Shown piece after piece: positions 47,823 to 59,900 of a stretch of 64,000 nucleotides of DNA. Origin of the DNA: Laetmonice hystrix (Eukaryota); assembly GCA_965235115.1 (NCBI GenBank), contig OZ249437.1:33480001-33544000 (forward strand). Direction: 5' to 3'. The first letter of the stretch is position 1; the number at the start of each line of letters is the position of its first letter. The notes beneath the pieces are model-generated. The model was not told where the DNA came from, did no database searches, and saw only the letters and a program-made list of their open reading frames with translations. The translations under genes and the position numbers were made by a program.

Positions 47823-47974
47823 ATGAGGAGCGTAGCCCGGCACGCCAGCTGGCTGACCAACTGGAAGGCCTGAGACGTCAGCTGGACCAGCTGGACCACA
47901 ATCTGACCACCAGGGCCCAGGAGGCCCTCCCTCGCGACCTTCAAGTCATCGAGTCCCTCGTCATCAAACACAAG
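47823..47974 (+). CDS. shot: Spectraplakin exon 20 (DEERSPARQLADQLEGLRRQLDQLDHNLTTRAQEALPRDLQVIESLVIKHK)
   Basis: ctgatctggtag acceptor, gttagt donor; phase 1 in, phase 0 out. Confidence 0.92.
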
Positions 47975-48129
47975 GTTAGTTCAAGGTCACAACAAAATTT
48001 CTGATACGATACTTGATAATAAGTCGGGATATCTAATTAAGGCTTGTCCAACAAGTATTCAATAAATCTTTTCAAAATCTTGAGATTTTTACATAAATAA
48101 TTCTAACTGAAGATGTTGTATTGATGAAG

Positions 48130-48296
48130 GAGTTTGAGAACGGGCTGCAGAACCAGGAACACATGGTGGAGACTGTGCAGGACGCGTACCGTTCAATGAA
48201 CCCAGCGCGTCGGACACCCGAGGTGGAGACCAAGTACAGTGCTGTCGTCGAGAAGTGGGACCATTTATGGGCCCTCTCCCACATTTACGTTGAAAG
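48130..48296 (+). CDS. shot: Spectraplakin exon 21 (EFENGLQNQEHMVETVQDAYRSMNPARRTPEVETKYSAVVEKWDHLWALSHIYVE-R)
   Basis: Weak acceptor ttgatgaag (the only nearby AG giving phase 0), gtatgt donor; phase 2 out. Confidence 0.88.
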
Positions 48297-48426
48297 GTAT
48301 GTTCTGGCTTCAATGGTAACATTCTCGCCTAATCATAGTCTTGGGATATAGATTACACGTATATGGATTATATGGATTTTCAATAAGTTCTTGGTATTAA
48401 AGATTTTATTTTGACTCTTCTTACAG

Positions 48427-48565
48427 GCTAAAGGCTGTAGAAATTGTAATGAGTGATCTTGAAGATCTCAAACAGAAGTTGGCAGAGCACGAGGCAACAC
48501 TGGCCTCCTGTGACATCATGACATCCAACATTGATGCTCTGCGCACCTCCCAGTACCAACTAAGG
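48427..48565 (+). CDS. shot: Spectraplakin exon 22 (LKAVEIVMSDLEDLKQKLAEHEATLASCDIMTSNIDALRTSQYQLR)
   Basis: ctcttcttacag acceptor, gtaaga donor; phase 2 in, phase 0 out. Confidence 0.94.
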
Positions 48566-48797
48566 GTAAGAAGGAATTTCTTCTCTGAACTTTTATTGGA
48601 GGCTGACGGGTTTGAGGTAGGATAGTTTATCTAGAATAGCGAAACTGATGTGATGTGTTGAAGGAGATACTTTACTTCTTTTTCTTATATCAGTTATGAA
48701 TCCTCTGCTGATCGTTATAATTTACTGAATATTTGTTAACCATCTTGTTTTTAAAACATCGTAAAGTAATGACACGTGTATGGGTTTTTATTTGAAG

Positions 48798-48991
48798 GTT
48801 TTGTCCCAAGCTTTGAACCAGTTGGAGATTCCTGTAGCACAGCTGAGCCAAGACATGATGTCCGTCAAACAACTGGTGTCCCGCAGCCGGCCTGGTACGG
48901 CCCGGTCCCATCCAGACGTCCAGCGTCTGGAGCGAGACGTCGACGACCTGACGACTCGCTGGGAGACCATGAGAATACAAACGGCTGACAG
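48798..48991 (+). CDS. shot: Spectraplakin exon 23 (VLSQALNQLEIPV...HPDVQRLERDVDDLTTRWETMRIQTAD-R)
   Basis: tttttatttgaag acceptor, gttagt donor; HPD+.R....V..L..RW motif; phase 0 in, phase 2 out. Confidence 0.94.
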
Positions 48992-49081
48992 GTTAGTGTC
49001 TCATAGCATCACGTCAAGAAACTGAATGACATGCCGTTGGCACATGTTAGTTTTAATGTCATGATATGTATGAAGGCTTAA

Positions 49082-49287
49082 GCCAGCGTCACACTTACCC
49101 GATTTCCCTGCAAATTTTGATATCGGGTGAAAATAGGATCGGGTCGGGCAAGTGAGATGTCCCTTTTTGTCCCGATCGACATGCTGTCGGGGGTTGTGTT
49201 GGGAGTCGGGTCAAGGAATATCGCGATAGCATGCCCGACCCAACTCCCAACCTGACGCATCAGCCGAAACGCTAGTATGATACCAGC
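49082..49287. mobile_element. 206-bp MITE flanked by TTAA, imperfect TIRs, internal hairpin
   Basis: ttaa|gccagcgtcacact ... agtatgataccagc|ttaa; internal gttgggagtcgggtc / cccgacccaactcccaac inverted pair. Confidence 0.7.
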
Positions 49288-49506
49288 TTAAATGACACTC
49301 AGTTATGGGTTTCTACCAAAGGGGGCCCTAAAAGAAATAGCCAAACACCCAAATTGTACTTTTATAGTAGAACGTCAGACTGACTCTATTCCCCTGTTCC
49401 CACATAGATTTAGATTACTACTAGATCAGTTCTCCATCTGGTATTATAAAAACATCAGATCAGCTGGTTCTGATATGTTGATGAAGCTTTGTGTTGATTT
49501 CGCCAG

Positions 49507-49666
49507 GTTGCGTAATGTAGACGATGGGGTTGAACTGCTGGAGCTCTACCAAAATGGCCTCAGTTCAGAAAGCGGGTGGCTTACCGGAATGCAGCGCCGC
49601 GTCCAGAACCAACTGCCACTGCCCAGTAATGGCACTGACGCTCGAGCTATGCTTGAACCAACAGTG
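49507..49666 (+). CDS. shot: Spectraplakin exon 24 (LRNVDDGVELLELYQNGLSSESGWLTGMQRRVQNQLPLPSNGTDARAMLEPTV)
   Basis: tttcgccag acceptor, gtaagt donor; phase 2 in, phase 0 out. Confidence 0.94.
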
Positions 49667-49922
49667 GTAAGTGTTCCTGTCCTCAAGGATACCGACCAGG
49701 ATACACTGTATCCTTCTGTATCCATGCAATACTCACAAATGTAAATAGTCATTTTATGCTGGTTTTATTCATGACTTCAATATATGCACAGCTTGTGCAT
49801 ATATACAAATATAACAAAGTTATATTAAGAATAATATGATAAGAATATGTACATTTTATAGTATTTTTGGGGAAATTCACAGTAGCACTACACAATGACT
49901 ATTGATATGTTTCAAACTGTAG

Positions 49923-50006
49923 GAGTTGTACAATGAGTTGAAGGAACGCCGTCCGCAGATCGAAGCTGTCAACAGGAACGGCGGCAAGTTCGTCAAGGAG
50001 GCCAAG
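49923..50006 (+). CDS. shot: Spectraplakin exon 25 (ELYNELKERRPQIEAVNRNGGKFVKEAK)
   Basis: aactgtag acceptor, gtaagg donor, 84 nt, phase 0/0. Confidence 0.93.
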
Positions 50007-53000
50007 GTAAGGCAACTCCCATGTCTGTCTCGAAACAAAACAAAAGAAAAAACGAGGAGAAAAAGAGGATGATGCCACCAGTGGAGGTCAGTTCTCAGGG
50101 CAACGCATCGACCAAAGTGTCCTCTCAGCTGGCGTGTCAGTCAGTATGTTGGTCGCTTTGGCCTGTGTGGTTACTGTACACTATTTTATAGTCGGTTCCC
50201 CTCTTTGGAAAGCTGTGCCTTTTTTTGCTTATCTTATGGCAAGCTATCCAGCATGCTGTTGTCAGGTTATGCCATTCCTACCTGTACCCCTAGGACTAAG
50301 GAGTGTTAGTGGTAGTATGTGCCTGCCTGACAGCATGCCAACCGTTGCCACTCATGTTTCATGCCCTGGTCAGAGGCACAGGTGTGACTTGGCAATCCAA
50401 GACCACCTGTGCCTAGTGTCAATATCTTAGCTTTAACTGTGTTGTTTTACCTTCCAGCGCAGGTCTTCCATGCTTGCATTCCAGGCATGCTTTCCCTTCT
50501 CACTCCGACCTGTAGATACCGTGTGATGGCGGTTTCCCTGTCTTGCAAGCTTGAAACCACTTTTTGCCTCTTCAAGCAATCATATGTGACTTAATTTGTT
50601 ACTGTCGATTGTATTGACTTCTCTCTGTTGCAGAATTGATCATATGTCAAGTTTATTCTTGTTTATGCACAGCTAGTTGCAGATCGGTTTGAAGCATATG
50701 ATTTGATGTGATGTCCAAACAGCTTGCGTGAGAATCATTAATGCATGTTACAAATGATAAGATTGTATATTGTATGAAGTCAATTGCTATAATAAGTGCA
50801 GCTTCACTTGTATTTTTCCCCTCTCTCCACGCTGAATGTATATAATTATATCTTGCTGGCTGTGTGTGTACATATACTTTGTGATGTGTGATGTTCACCG
50901 CACGTACAGCCCTGCCCGGCTCCGCCAGGCATGTGTGTGTTAAACTTGTCTGTTTACAGGTTTCAGTTTTCCCTCCATGCTGTACATTTATTTGACGTTG
51001 CGTCATTTGACCTTGACCACGTCCCGCGTCCTTCTTTCCCAAAAGCTGTCTCGTCCATGTTCCGTACCCCGTGCTAACCCCTCCCCCCACCCTGCCCGGT
51101 CACCATGGATTCCCACCTTCCTCGCTCTCCCTACCTATTGACCTGACATCCGCAGCCATCGCGAAGCCCGCGTTCCTCAGTTCCTCGTCCCCCACCAGGT
51201 GTCGCCTGTGAGGGTTTGGCCGTTGCCACCACTTAATGTGTATGATTGGGTGGCATAGATGTCTAAGCAGGAAGGCTGTAGTCGCTTGACTAGAGACGAG
51301 TAAGTAATTGCTTTGTAGTCGGATGAAATATCTTTTCTATTCTGTAAAACAAGAAAATTATCTCTCAATTTCAATTTTCATTGGGACTACTCAAGAACTG
51401 TGCAGTTTGATAAATACAAGGGCAAAGATTGCGGACTGATCACTGCGAACATTCTGATAATTTATAACAAAGGAAACAATTGTACCAGGATAACCACGGA
51501 TGGGTGCACAATGGCTTCTGCTACTAGTTTGCATCGCAATTAGCACTGATGTAACTCGCTACTCAAGGGTTGGAGGTCGCATTGAGAGAAGAGAATAATT
51601 TCACAGATCACGCTTAATTCACCGGCGATTTATTTTGGGGGAAAATCTTTGTCAAACTGCACAGTCTCTGACGTGGCCTTTAGACTTTGTGACACAAGCA
51701 CCTGTGTGTAGGGAGAGAGGACTGGTGTTTGACAGCCGACAGTTTCTGCACTTATTCCCACTGACCATCATGGCTGCGTCTCAACATGAAAGCATATCCA
51801 TCAAGCCGCCTCGTGCCAAGGTTTTTGACGTAAAGACATTGGAATTTGGAGCAGAATTGCCATTGACTGCATAGTATTTTTAAACTTTTAAATTTAGGAC
51901 GTGTCTATAATTTTCATTTTGGCGCTTTTGACAATTCAAGCGAAGGTATTTTTTGTTGAAAAACTGCTGTATGTTTCCTTGAGATGGACGGTTTAGCATG
52001 TGATACTGAAATGATGCTATGTTTGCAGTGCTGTAGTATTAATCTGATGCTTGTAGTGTCTTGTGTGCAGTGCTTTCCCCCGGGTTACTGGCTGTTCCTG
52101 TTTGTATGCAGTGCATGACATGGTAGAAACCTGTGACTCAACAATCAAAATGGAGCTAACTCCCGAAATTACTCCTTATTAAACAAGGCCCCAGGTGGGA
52201 TCAATGACTGTCACATCTTATATTGAATTTTGGAAATGGTGTTCTGAAAAAAACAGTCAAAAGAGAATATGCATACCCAGCTTTTTCCTAACATCCATAT
52301 TTGCATTGTTGAGTTATTCCTGACAATATCCAGCAATTGCCGACACAGTCACTCCTTTCTGTTTTCGATTCGACAAGCCAAAGTGTAAAAAAGGTCTTAT
52401 AAGATAAATTCGTCATAGACCGGCAGCCTCCCATTTAGGTTTGTTAAAAAATTGTCAGAAATGAGAGGACTGTGAAATGGTATTGCTGGGTGCAGATGCG
52501 TATGATTTTAACGTGGGTAGCAGATTACTTTTTCTTGCCCCTTCTGAATCCCAGCCCCGATGGCCGTCAGCTTTAGATGCCGAGGCTTGACCCTGCCTTC
52601 CTAACCGTCCACATGTGGTGCCACAACCCAACACTCCGTGTCGTGTTAACGAGTTCTGAGTCCAAACACAAGATAAGACATTGTGTATTTTTTATTATGC
52701 TCCATCCAAACAATGCTGAATTCTAAAACAGACACACGGGAGGCACTTCCAGAAAAAGAGGACTTTGGCAGAGAAAACTTTGAAAAACACATTTATCATT
52801 TTTTAGGCCATTCAAGAAATGAAATGCTAATCTACTTGTTTTTTGGTGGGACGTTTGTTTTTATTTGCAACGTTTGTCCTTGATTTAGATGACCTTGTTT
52901 GGATGTTATCCCCTGTTCTCCAATCCTTTGTTGTCTTGTAGAGAGTTGCATGATAATCCTCTTTTGCCACTTCATAGAACTCTCAACCAAGTGCAGTGAA

Positions 53001-53509
53001 CACACTATTTCAAATTTGAAAAAAGCTATAACTCTTTTTGGTCAGAGATATAACTGAAACGCCATAATATTATGGAACGTCGTTTGGCCTACAATCAAAA
53101 GTAAAGATTCTCAATATCTGTAAACTAGAACGGTCACATTAGGCCAGCTTTTGGGAGTTGCAGTTTTTACACAAAGTTTTTCAATTACCTACCAAAAGAA
53201 TCTGTTTAATTTTTCTGCTTATTTTTCAGTCGTGCCTTGATTCAGATTTATTTTGCCTTTGTTGTTGCTTATATTTTTTGTCAGCTTCTTTACATAATTT
53301 TAATTCAAACATCTATGGTTTCATATGCTAAATTGGAGGCTCTTGTGCAGATATTGTGAGGTTTTCAAAAACATCAGGATGTAGTGAAATACTAATAAAA
53401 TTTAACTTAAATAAAAGCTGTGTTGCGTATAAAATAGTTTAATTTGTGTTGTTTAAATGTTCCTATTCTTTCAGTCAGATTTAGGTTTTCTGCCTGATTC
53501 TTTTTGTAG

Positions 53510-53731
53510 GTGTATGAAAAAAAGATCAAGCAGTTTGTGGCTAGTCTAGATGAAGTCCAGCCAAGCCTGGGTGCAGGTCTTTCAAAGAAACCTCGCATGG
53601 TTTCTGGTGCTGATACTATCTGCAATGACCTTGATGCACTCAACCGTCGCTATATGGAGCTGCTGGCCGAGTTAAACCATAGACTACGCCAGCTCAAGCA
53701 CCTTTATGATGCTGCAGGACTTTATTTCCCT
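53510..53731 (+). CDS. shot: Spectraplakin exon 26: end of plakin domain (VYEKKIKQFVASLDEVQPSLGAGLSKKPRMVSGADTICNDLDALNRRYMELLAELNHRLRQLKHLYDAAGLYFP)
   Basis: ctttttgtag acceptor, gtgagt donor; K+.R..S..D.I..+L..L..RY..L motif that ends the plakin domain; phase 0/0. Confidence 0.95.
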
Positions 53732-53929
53732 GTGAGTATTTAAGAAACAACACACACTCGATTCTTTGCAACTTCATTTTGAAACATATTGCAGGTAATT
53801 TCCTATTGATCCAGAAAATGAGTTGATTACATTATGCAAAAAAAAGTTATATTCAATGATTAGAGTAGGACCTGAAATGGATTAACATAAGTGACTCTTC
53901 TGATATTAAGTAATGTTGCTCTGTTTCAG

Positions 53930-56900
53930 TATGCTGTTGAAGATGTTATTCCCCGCATTCGCACTTTCCGCTCTGAGCTGCGCATGTTGGATGACGACGA
54001 CCAGATTGACTGGTCTGGTATTCAGCTGATGTCCCCCACTGAATCCGGACTCAGTCCTTCGTCCAGCTTCCAGAGCAAGGTTGTCATCACCACAACAGGC
54101 CAGATGCATCAAACACAGGCTGATGCTGCATCGCGCATCATCCAGATTTCACGCCGTAGCTCCCAGCCGGACATGGACCAGGAAGCGGATATGTATACCC
54201 CAAGTACCCCGACGGAAAGCTTCCAGTCCATCAGTGTTACAAGCACCCCGAGCAAGAAGCCGACAACACCTACAAAGCCGGTGCCAAATATTACAAGTAT
54301 TTCTGTAGTGAGCAAAGGGAAGGATGTAGACTCTCGAGCTGAACACATTCCAAGACAAACTGTGCAGTCTGTGATAACAGTGACATCAAGCACCACCGTG
54401 CCCAGGGGCCAGGTGGTATTTACAGCTGCTGTCTTGAACCCCAAGACAGGCCGAAAGCTTTCACTTGAACAAGCCATCGAAAGTGGATTAATAGACATCA
54501 GATCAGGCTTCTTCTTTGATATGAGATCAAACCAGAAACTGTCGCTAGCAGAAGCAGCAAGATTAGGGTTTATTGACAAAGACTTAATGAAACAGCTGCA
54601 ACAAAAGTGTGGCATGCGCGACCCGGCAGCTAATAGGGAACTCTCAATTCTTGAAGCCATGCAAAAGGGTTACTATGACCCAATAACAGGACAAGTTACA
54701 GATCCTCAAAGTATGCAGAGAATGACCTTAGAGCAGGCGGCAGCACGGCACATGATGTCACCAGAAGCAGTGCAGACCCTGTCATATGTGAGCATCCAGA
54801 CCTCGGCCAAGTCCAGGTCTGAGGCTTTCTATGGCATCCCGAGCATGGAGAGCACTCCCGTCATCCTGGCGCTTGCTGATGCCCTTGACAAGGGTTTGTA
54901 CATTCCAGAGAGCGGTTACATTTTGGAGCCCATATCTCGTGAGATGATCACACTTCAGCAAGCCATTCAGAGGCGTCTGATTAATGCTAACTTACGTGAG
55001 ATTGTTCACCCGGTGACTGGGGAGAAACTAACTCTCCAGGAAGCCATCCTCCAGGACATCATCAACCAGAAGACTGGAATGTTTGTGGATCCACGTTCTC
55101 GGAGGCAGGTCTCGCTCACTGAGGCCCAACAGAGAGGACTCATCCAGAGGCCAATGTCCCTACACACAGTACTCACGGAGGGTATCATGGATGAGGCTGG
55201 CAAGTTCAAAGACCAACACACTGGAAGGAAGATGGTTCTCGGGGAGGCCCTGGAGAAGGGGGTTCTCGACTTAGACTTCTGCTGCATCCTTGACCCAAAT
55301 ACTCAGGAGCTTCTGTCCCTCCAAGGGGCCATGGATCGGGGGCTGGTCAGTCCACAAGGTCACTTCATAGAACCAAGATCTGGACGGCACCTCTCCTTCC
55401 ACCATGCTATCAACCAAGGACTTGCTCAGATTTGCAGTGAGGAGGTGAACTTCCCACAGCGAGGCATCCGTAATACTGGCACAGGCGAACTGCTGACGCT
55501 TTCAGAAGCCATCAACCAAGGGTCCATTGAACCGAACACTGCCATGTTTGTTGACAAAAATAGTGGACGGAGGATGTCCATTGAGGAAGCAGTACGTCAT
55601 GGACTGGTCGATCCGGAGTTGGCCAATCAGCTGTCCTCAGACTCCGGTATGAGGGACATTGTAGGCAGCAAACTCAGTATTCACGAGGCCCTCAAACGTG
55701 GACTGCTGGATCCTGTGACTGGAGAAGTAAAGGAGCCAACAACCGGGCAGACCATGACCATAGAGGATGCAGTCAGGTCAGGGCTGTTGAGACCAGAGGA
55801 GGGCTGCAAGCTGTTGTGCCTGACCAGCACTGTGATGAAGACACAGGCCATTATGACTCAGATCAAGCCGTCTGTCGCAAGGGAGAAGCCTATCCGTGCC
55901 ATTTCTGTTGGTGAAGCTGTGATGCAGGGCCTCATTGATGAGGAACACGGATTGTTCCAACTGCCAGGCACAGCACAGCCAATGGCACTAAACCAGGCCA
56001 TCGAACAGGGTTACATACTCTCATCATCTGAATGGGACGACGACACAATATCATCAGTGAGCACTCACCCAAGTCAACAAGGCACCCTGATACCTGTTAC
56101 TCAGGGCAGCATTGCTGCCATTCCCCCAGAGGAACATGTGAGCATGCAAGAGTCCGACCAATATGTGCGGGACATTGAGGGTGGCAAAGAAGAAGTATCA
56201 TGGTCAGAAAGAAAAGATTTCCATGCCCTGAAAACTGAGGCCGGTATCCAGGCTCTCTCCACACAAGAGGCAAAGATGTCGCAGGTGAAAACTACCTCCC
56301 ATACTGACTACACTGGGGATGTTAGCTTCCCCATCTCCATCAAGACAGCAATTGCTATGAAACTTCTGGATACTCAGAATGGCTTGTTCCGGGACCCTAC
56401 AACTGGTGAGCAGATGACCCTTGAGCAGGCAATAGACCGAGGGTTGCTGACTTCAGAACTAGCCTTCTTCATCCACCCAGTCAGTGAAAGAAAGTTCCCT
56501 CTGAGTGAAGCAATTGCAAAACTCATTCTTGATGAAACAGGACACTTCACTGACCCGCGCACACACACCACAATGACTCTTGAAGAACTTCTAAATCTGA
56601 ATATTGTCGTCTTAGAAACAAGACCAAAGGAGGAGTCTCGTGTCAGGGAAAGGACGAGGATGACTGTCCGGTCGGTCCTGGACCCCCGTACTGGAGAGTG
56701 GCTGGACCCAGAACGTGCGAGCAGGAGGAAGCTCCTGGATATGACCCGTGGAGCCTACACCCATCCAGTGTCCGCTGACGTCTTGACCATTCAGGAAGCT
56801 GTTGATGCAGGGTACATCAAGGCTGATGCTGACACATCTGGAGCATACACCACAACACAGGGCTTCATGGAGACTCGAAGCTACAACATCACAGAGGCTG

Positions 56901-59900
56901 TCGACCCAACCACTGGCCATCTGGTGGACATTGCCACAGCTTTAAGGGACGGCATTGTAGACCAGGCGAACGGAATGTACATTGGGAAGGATGGATTTGG
57001 CAAAGTCCAGAAGCTGCCAATCTCTGAGGCCATCAGACGAGGATTGGTGGTGGAAACTTCTGCAGAGATTTCTGTGTCTGAAATTGATGCAGGTCCGAAA
57101 TATGTTCAGGAGACACAAGCATGTACCATTCGTGCAGTCGTAGATCCTACAACACAGCAACAAGTGTCTGTAACAGAGGCCATCAAGAAGGGAGTTCTCA
57201 ACCAAGGCACTGGAAAATATGTCAATCCAATCACTGGTAAGAGCATGCTTATCACAGATGCCATCGAGCAAGGGTTCATAATAGGAACAGTGGAAACGAC
57301 CGCATCGACTACTGACACCATGGAAGACAACAAGATACTTGCTTCTCGCCAGACAACATACACCCTGAAGTCAGTCCGTCATCCTGTCACTGGCATGGAG
57401 ATCTCTGTCAACGAGGCCATTGATCTGAGAGTACTGGACAAGGAAAAGGGAGTGTACACGAACACCCTCACTGGGGAGGTATTCCCACTGAGTGACGCTA
57501 TTGACAAAGGCTTTGTGACAGTCGAAATTGGAGGCCAGGAAGAAGTTGAAGATGAAGATGAAGAGCGTGTACCTAGCATCCACATCGATGATGATCTTGA
57601 TGCTCAAGAAGAGATGACAACAGAAGAAGTGACTGAGGTCACTAAGAGATTCCAGATCACAGGAGTTACTGATGTGGCGTCAGATAATGTCCTGACATTG
57701 GACGAAGCTTTGAAGCAGGGTGTCGTCAACGAGGACAAGGGTGTATTCTACAACACGTCCACACGGATGTCTATCCCGATCCCCGAGGCCCTCAATAGGG
57801 GACTCATTGTCGGTCGTCTCGTTGAATCCAGTGAAGAACATGAGCTCTTCAGAAGTGATGTCGTTGCAAGTCGGTCCAAGGATGGGGACATTGTGTCTGT
57901 GATAAATCCTATTTCTGGTCTTGCAATATCAGCCACCCAGGCCATGCAACTGGGGCTTCTGAGTCAGGATAAGAAAACGTACTATGATCCATCAACGGAC
58001 AAGAGAATACCAGTGGAAGCAGCCATTGAACGAGGCTTGGTGAATCCCTCTGAAGGTGCAAAGAAAAGAGCCCAGGGACCTCAGAGAACAGACCTTGATC
58101 TTGGACTCGATGACTATGACTTTGGTCCAACAAAACCAAAGATGGTTATTGACTGGAACAATGGACTTGTCCGTGATGGACGCACTGGTGAAGAAATCGC
58201 CTTGAATGAAGCAGTGAGAGAGGGTTTCATAGACCAACAAACTGCAGATCTTCTGAGCAGAAAATCCGAAACGATGCCATTCCGAGGGTTGACCCGGCCT
58301 CATGAAGCACACGAGATAACCATACGAAGGGAAGGGGAGCAAAGGACCTCAGAACAGGTGAGGGTCATAAGTTCAGAAGACACCACAACTGGCACAGATG
58401 ATACTATCACGCTGACGATTCAGAAGACCAGGTTGGTAGAACCAGAGATCAAAGCTGTCAGAATTGATGAACAAATGGATGTGAGCACGGGACCAGAGGA
58501 ACCTGGAAAACTGTCGTACACAGAGGCTGTCAAGCTGGGGCTGTTGGACATGTGGTCAGGCCATTTTACGGATCCTGCCACTGGGAGGTCAATGACCCTG
58601 CAAGAAGCCATCAACAGGGGACTTATCGATCCTAAGAGTCCAGCCATCGTCGACATGAAGACTGGTCGCACAATCACTCTACATGATGCTCTTGTCAAGA
58701 CCCTTATCAGCTCCTACAATGGCCGAATCAATGAAGCTAAAGTCAAAGAAATGGGAATCACTCTTGATCCCCAGTTTATGAGGGACGAGTCTCGACTCTC
58801 TCCTGTGAACTTTGAAGACGCCATTCTCAGTGGACTTCTTGACCTTGACAGTGGTCTCTTCAGACACCCCAAGACAGGACAGCAAATGACTCTTGGGCAA
58901 GCTGTTGCTCAGAACGTGCTCAACAAGGATACAACGGTTGTCGTCTGTCCAAACTCAGGAGAGAAGGTGACTATTGAAAAGGCCCTTAAAGATGGCATCG
59001 TTGACGGCCAGACTGGAGACTTTATTGATACACAGACCAAGAAGAGACTACTCACACTGAAGGGTGCCGTCAACTCAGGGCTCCTGGAGTCTTCCATCAC
59101 GGCAGACTCAGAGCTGGTCATGGACTGGAAACGTGAAGTCAAAATCCCATTGGCACAAGCCATTGCTGAGGGCATAGTTGATGAGACTGCTCCAAGTGTC
59201 TACGATCCTTCAAGACAAAGGAGAGTATCGCTGGAAGAGGCAAAGCAGCGTGGACTTGTAAACCCGCGCACGGGAGAGTATGTGGATCCAACTTCAGGCA
59301 AAAAAGTAACTGCAAAGGATGCAGCAAAACTCGGTTTGCTGGCAGTCGTTGGTGCCCCAGTCCTTGCTGGACTTGCTGCTGCAGAGGGTGTACGTAGACT
59401 TACCCAAACAATGAGGGAGAAGATGGAGAAATCTGATACATCAGCAAGGTTGGAAGAGAAGGTATTTATTCCCAAGGGCCAGGAGCACAGGCCTCTACCC
59501 ATCACTTCTGCCTTGGAGGATCGTCCTTCTTTGTTGCCAACTGAGCACGCAACCAGGGAAGCTCATGGTGCAAGAGCTGTGGACGTGTCATCTGAAGTGC
59601 ATCCTGTGCAGATTGAGGTCAAAGACGGACATTTCAAGGCCTCTCAAAAATTCACAACAAAGACAGAATCAAAACAAGTCAAGGAAGTTATAAAACATGG
59701 CCAGAAAACGGCTGCCATTCAAGGACCTGAGCAAGGCAGAATCCAAATGGAGCCCTCGCCTGCAATTACCGAGTACCACAGAGCTGAGCCCGAGGAGCCT
59801 GAGTCGGTCGTCAGCATGGCCAAGGTAGCTGTGAGACCGCAGCCCACGGGAGAATCTCGGATGCCCTATGATGTTGATATCAGTGTGCAACCCAAGCCAG

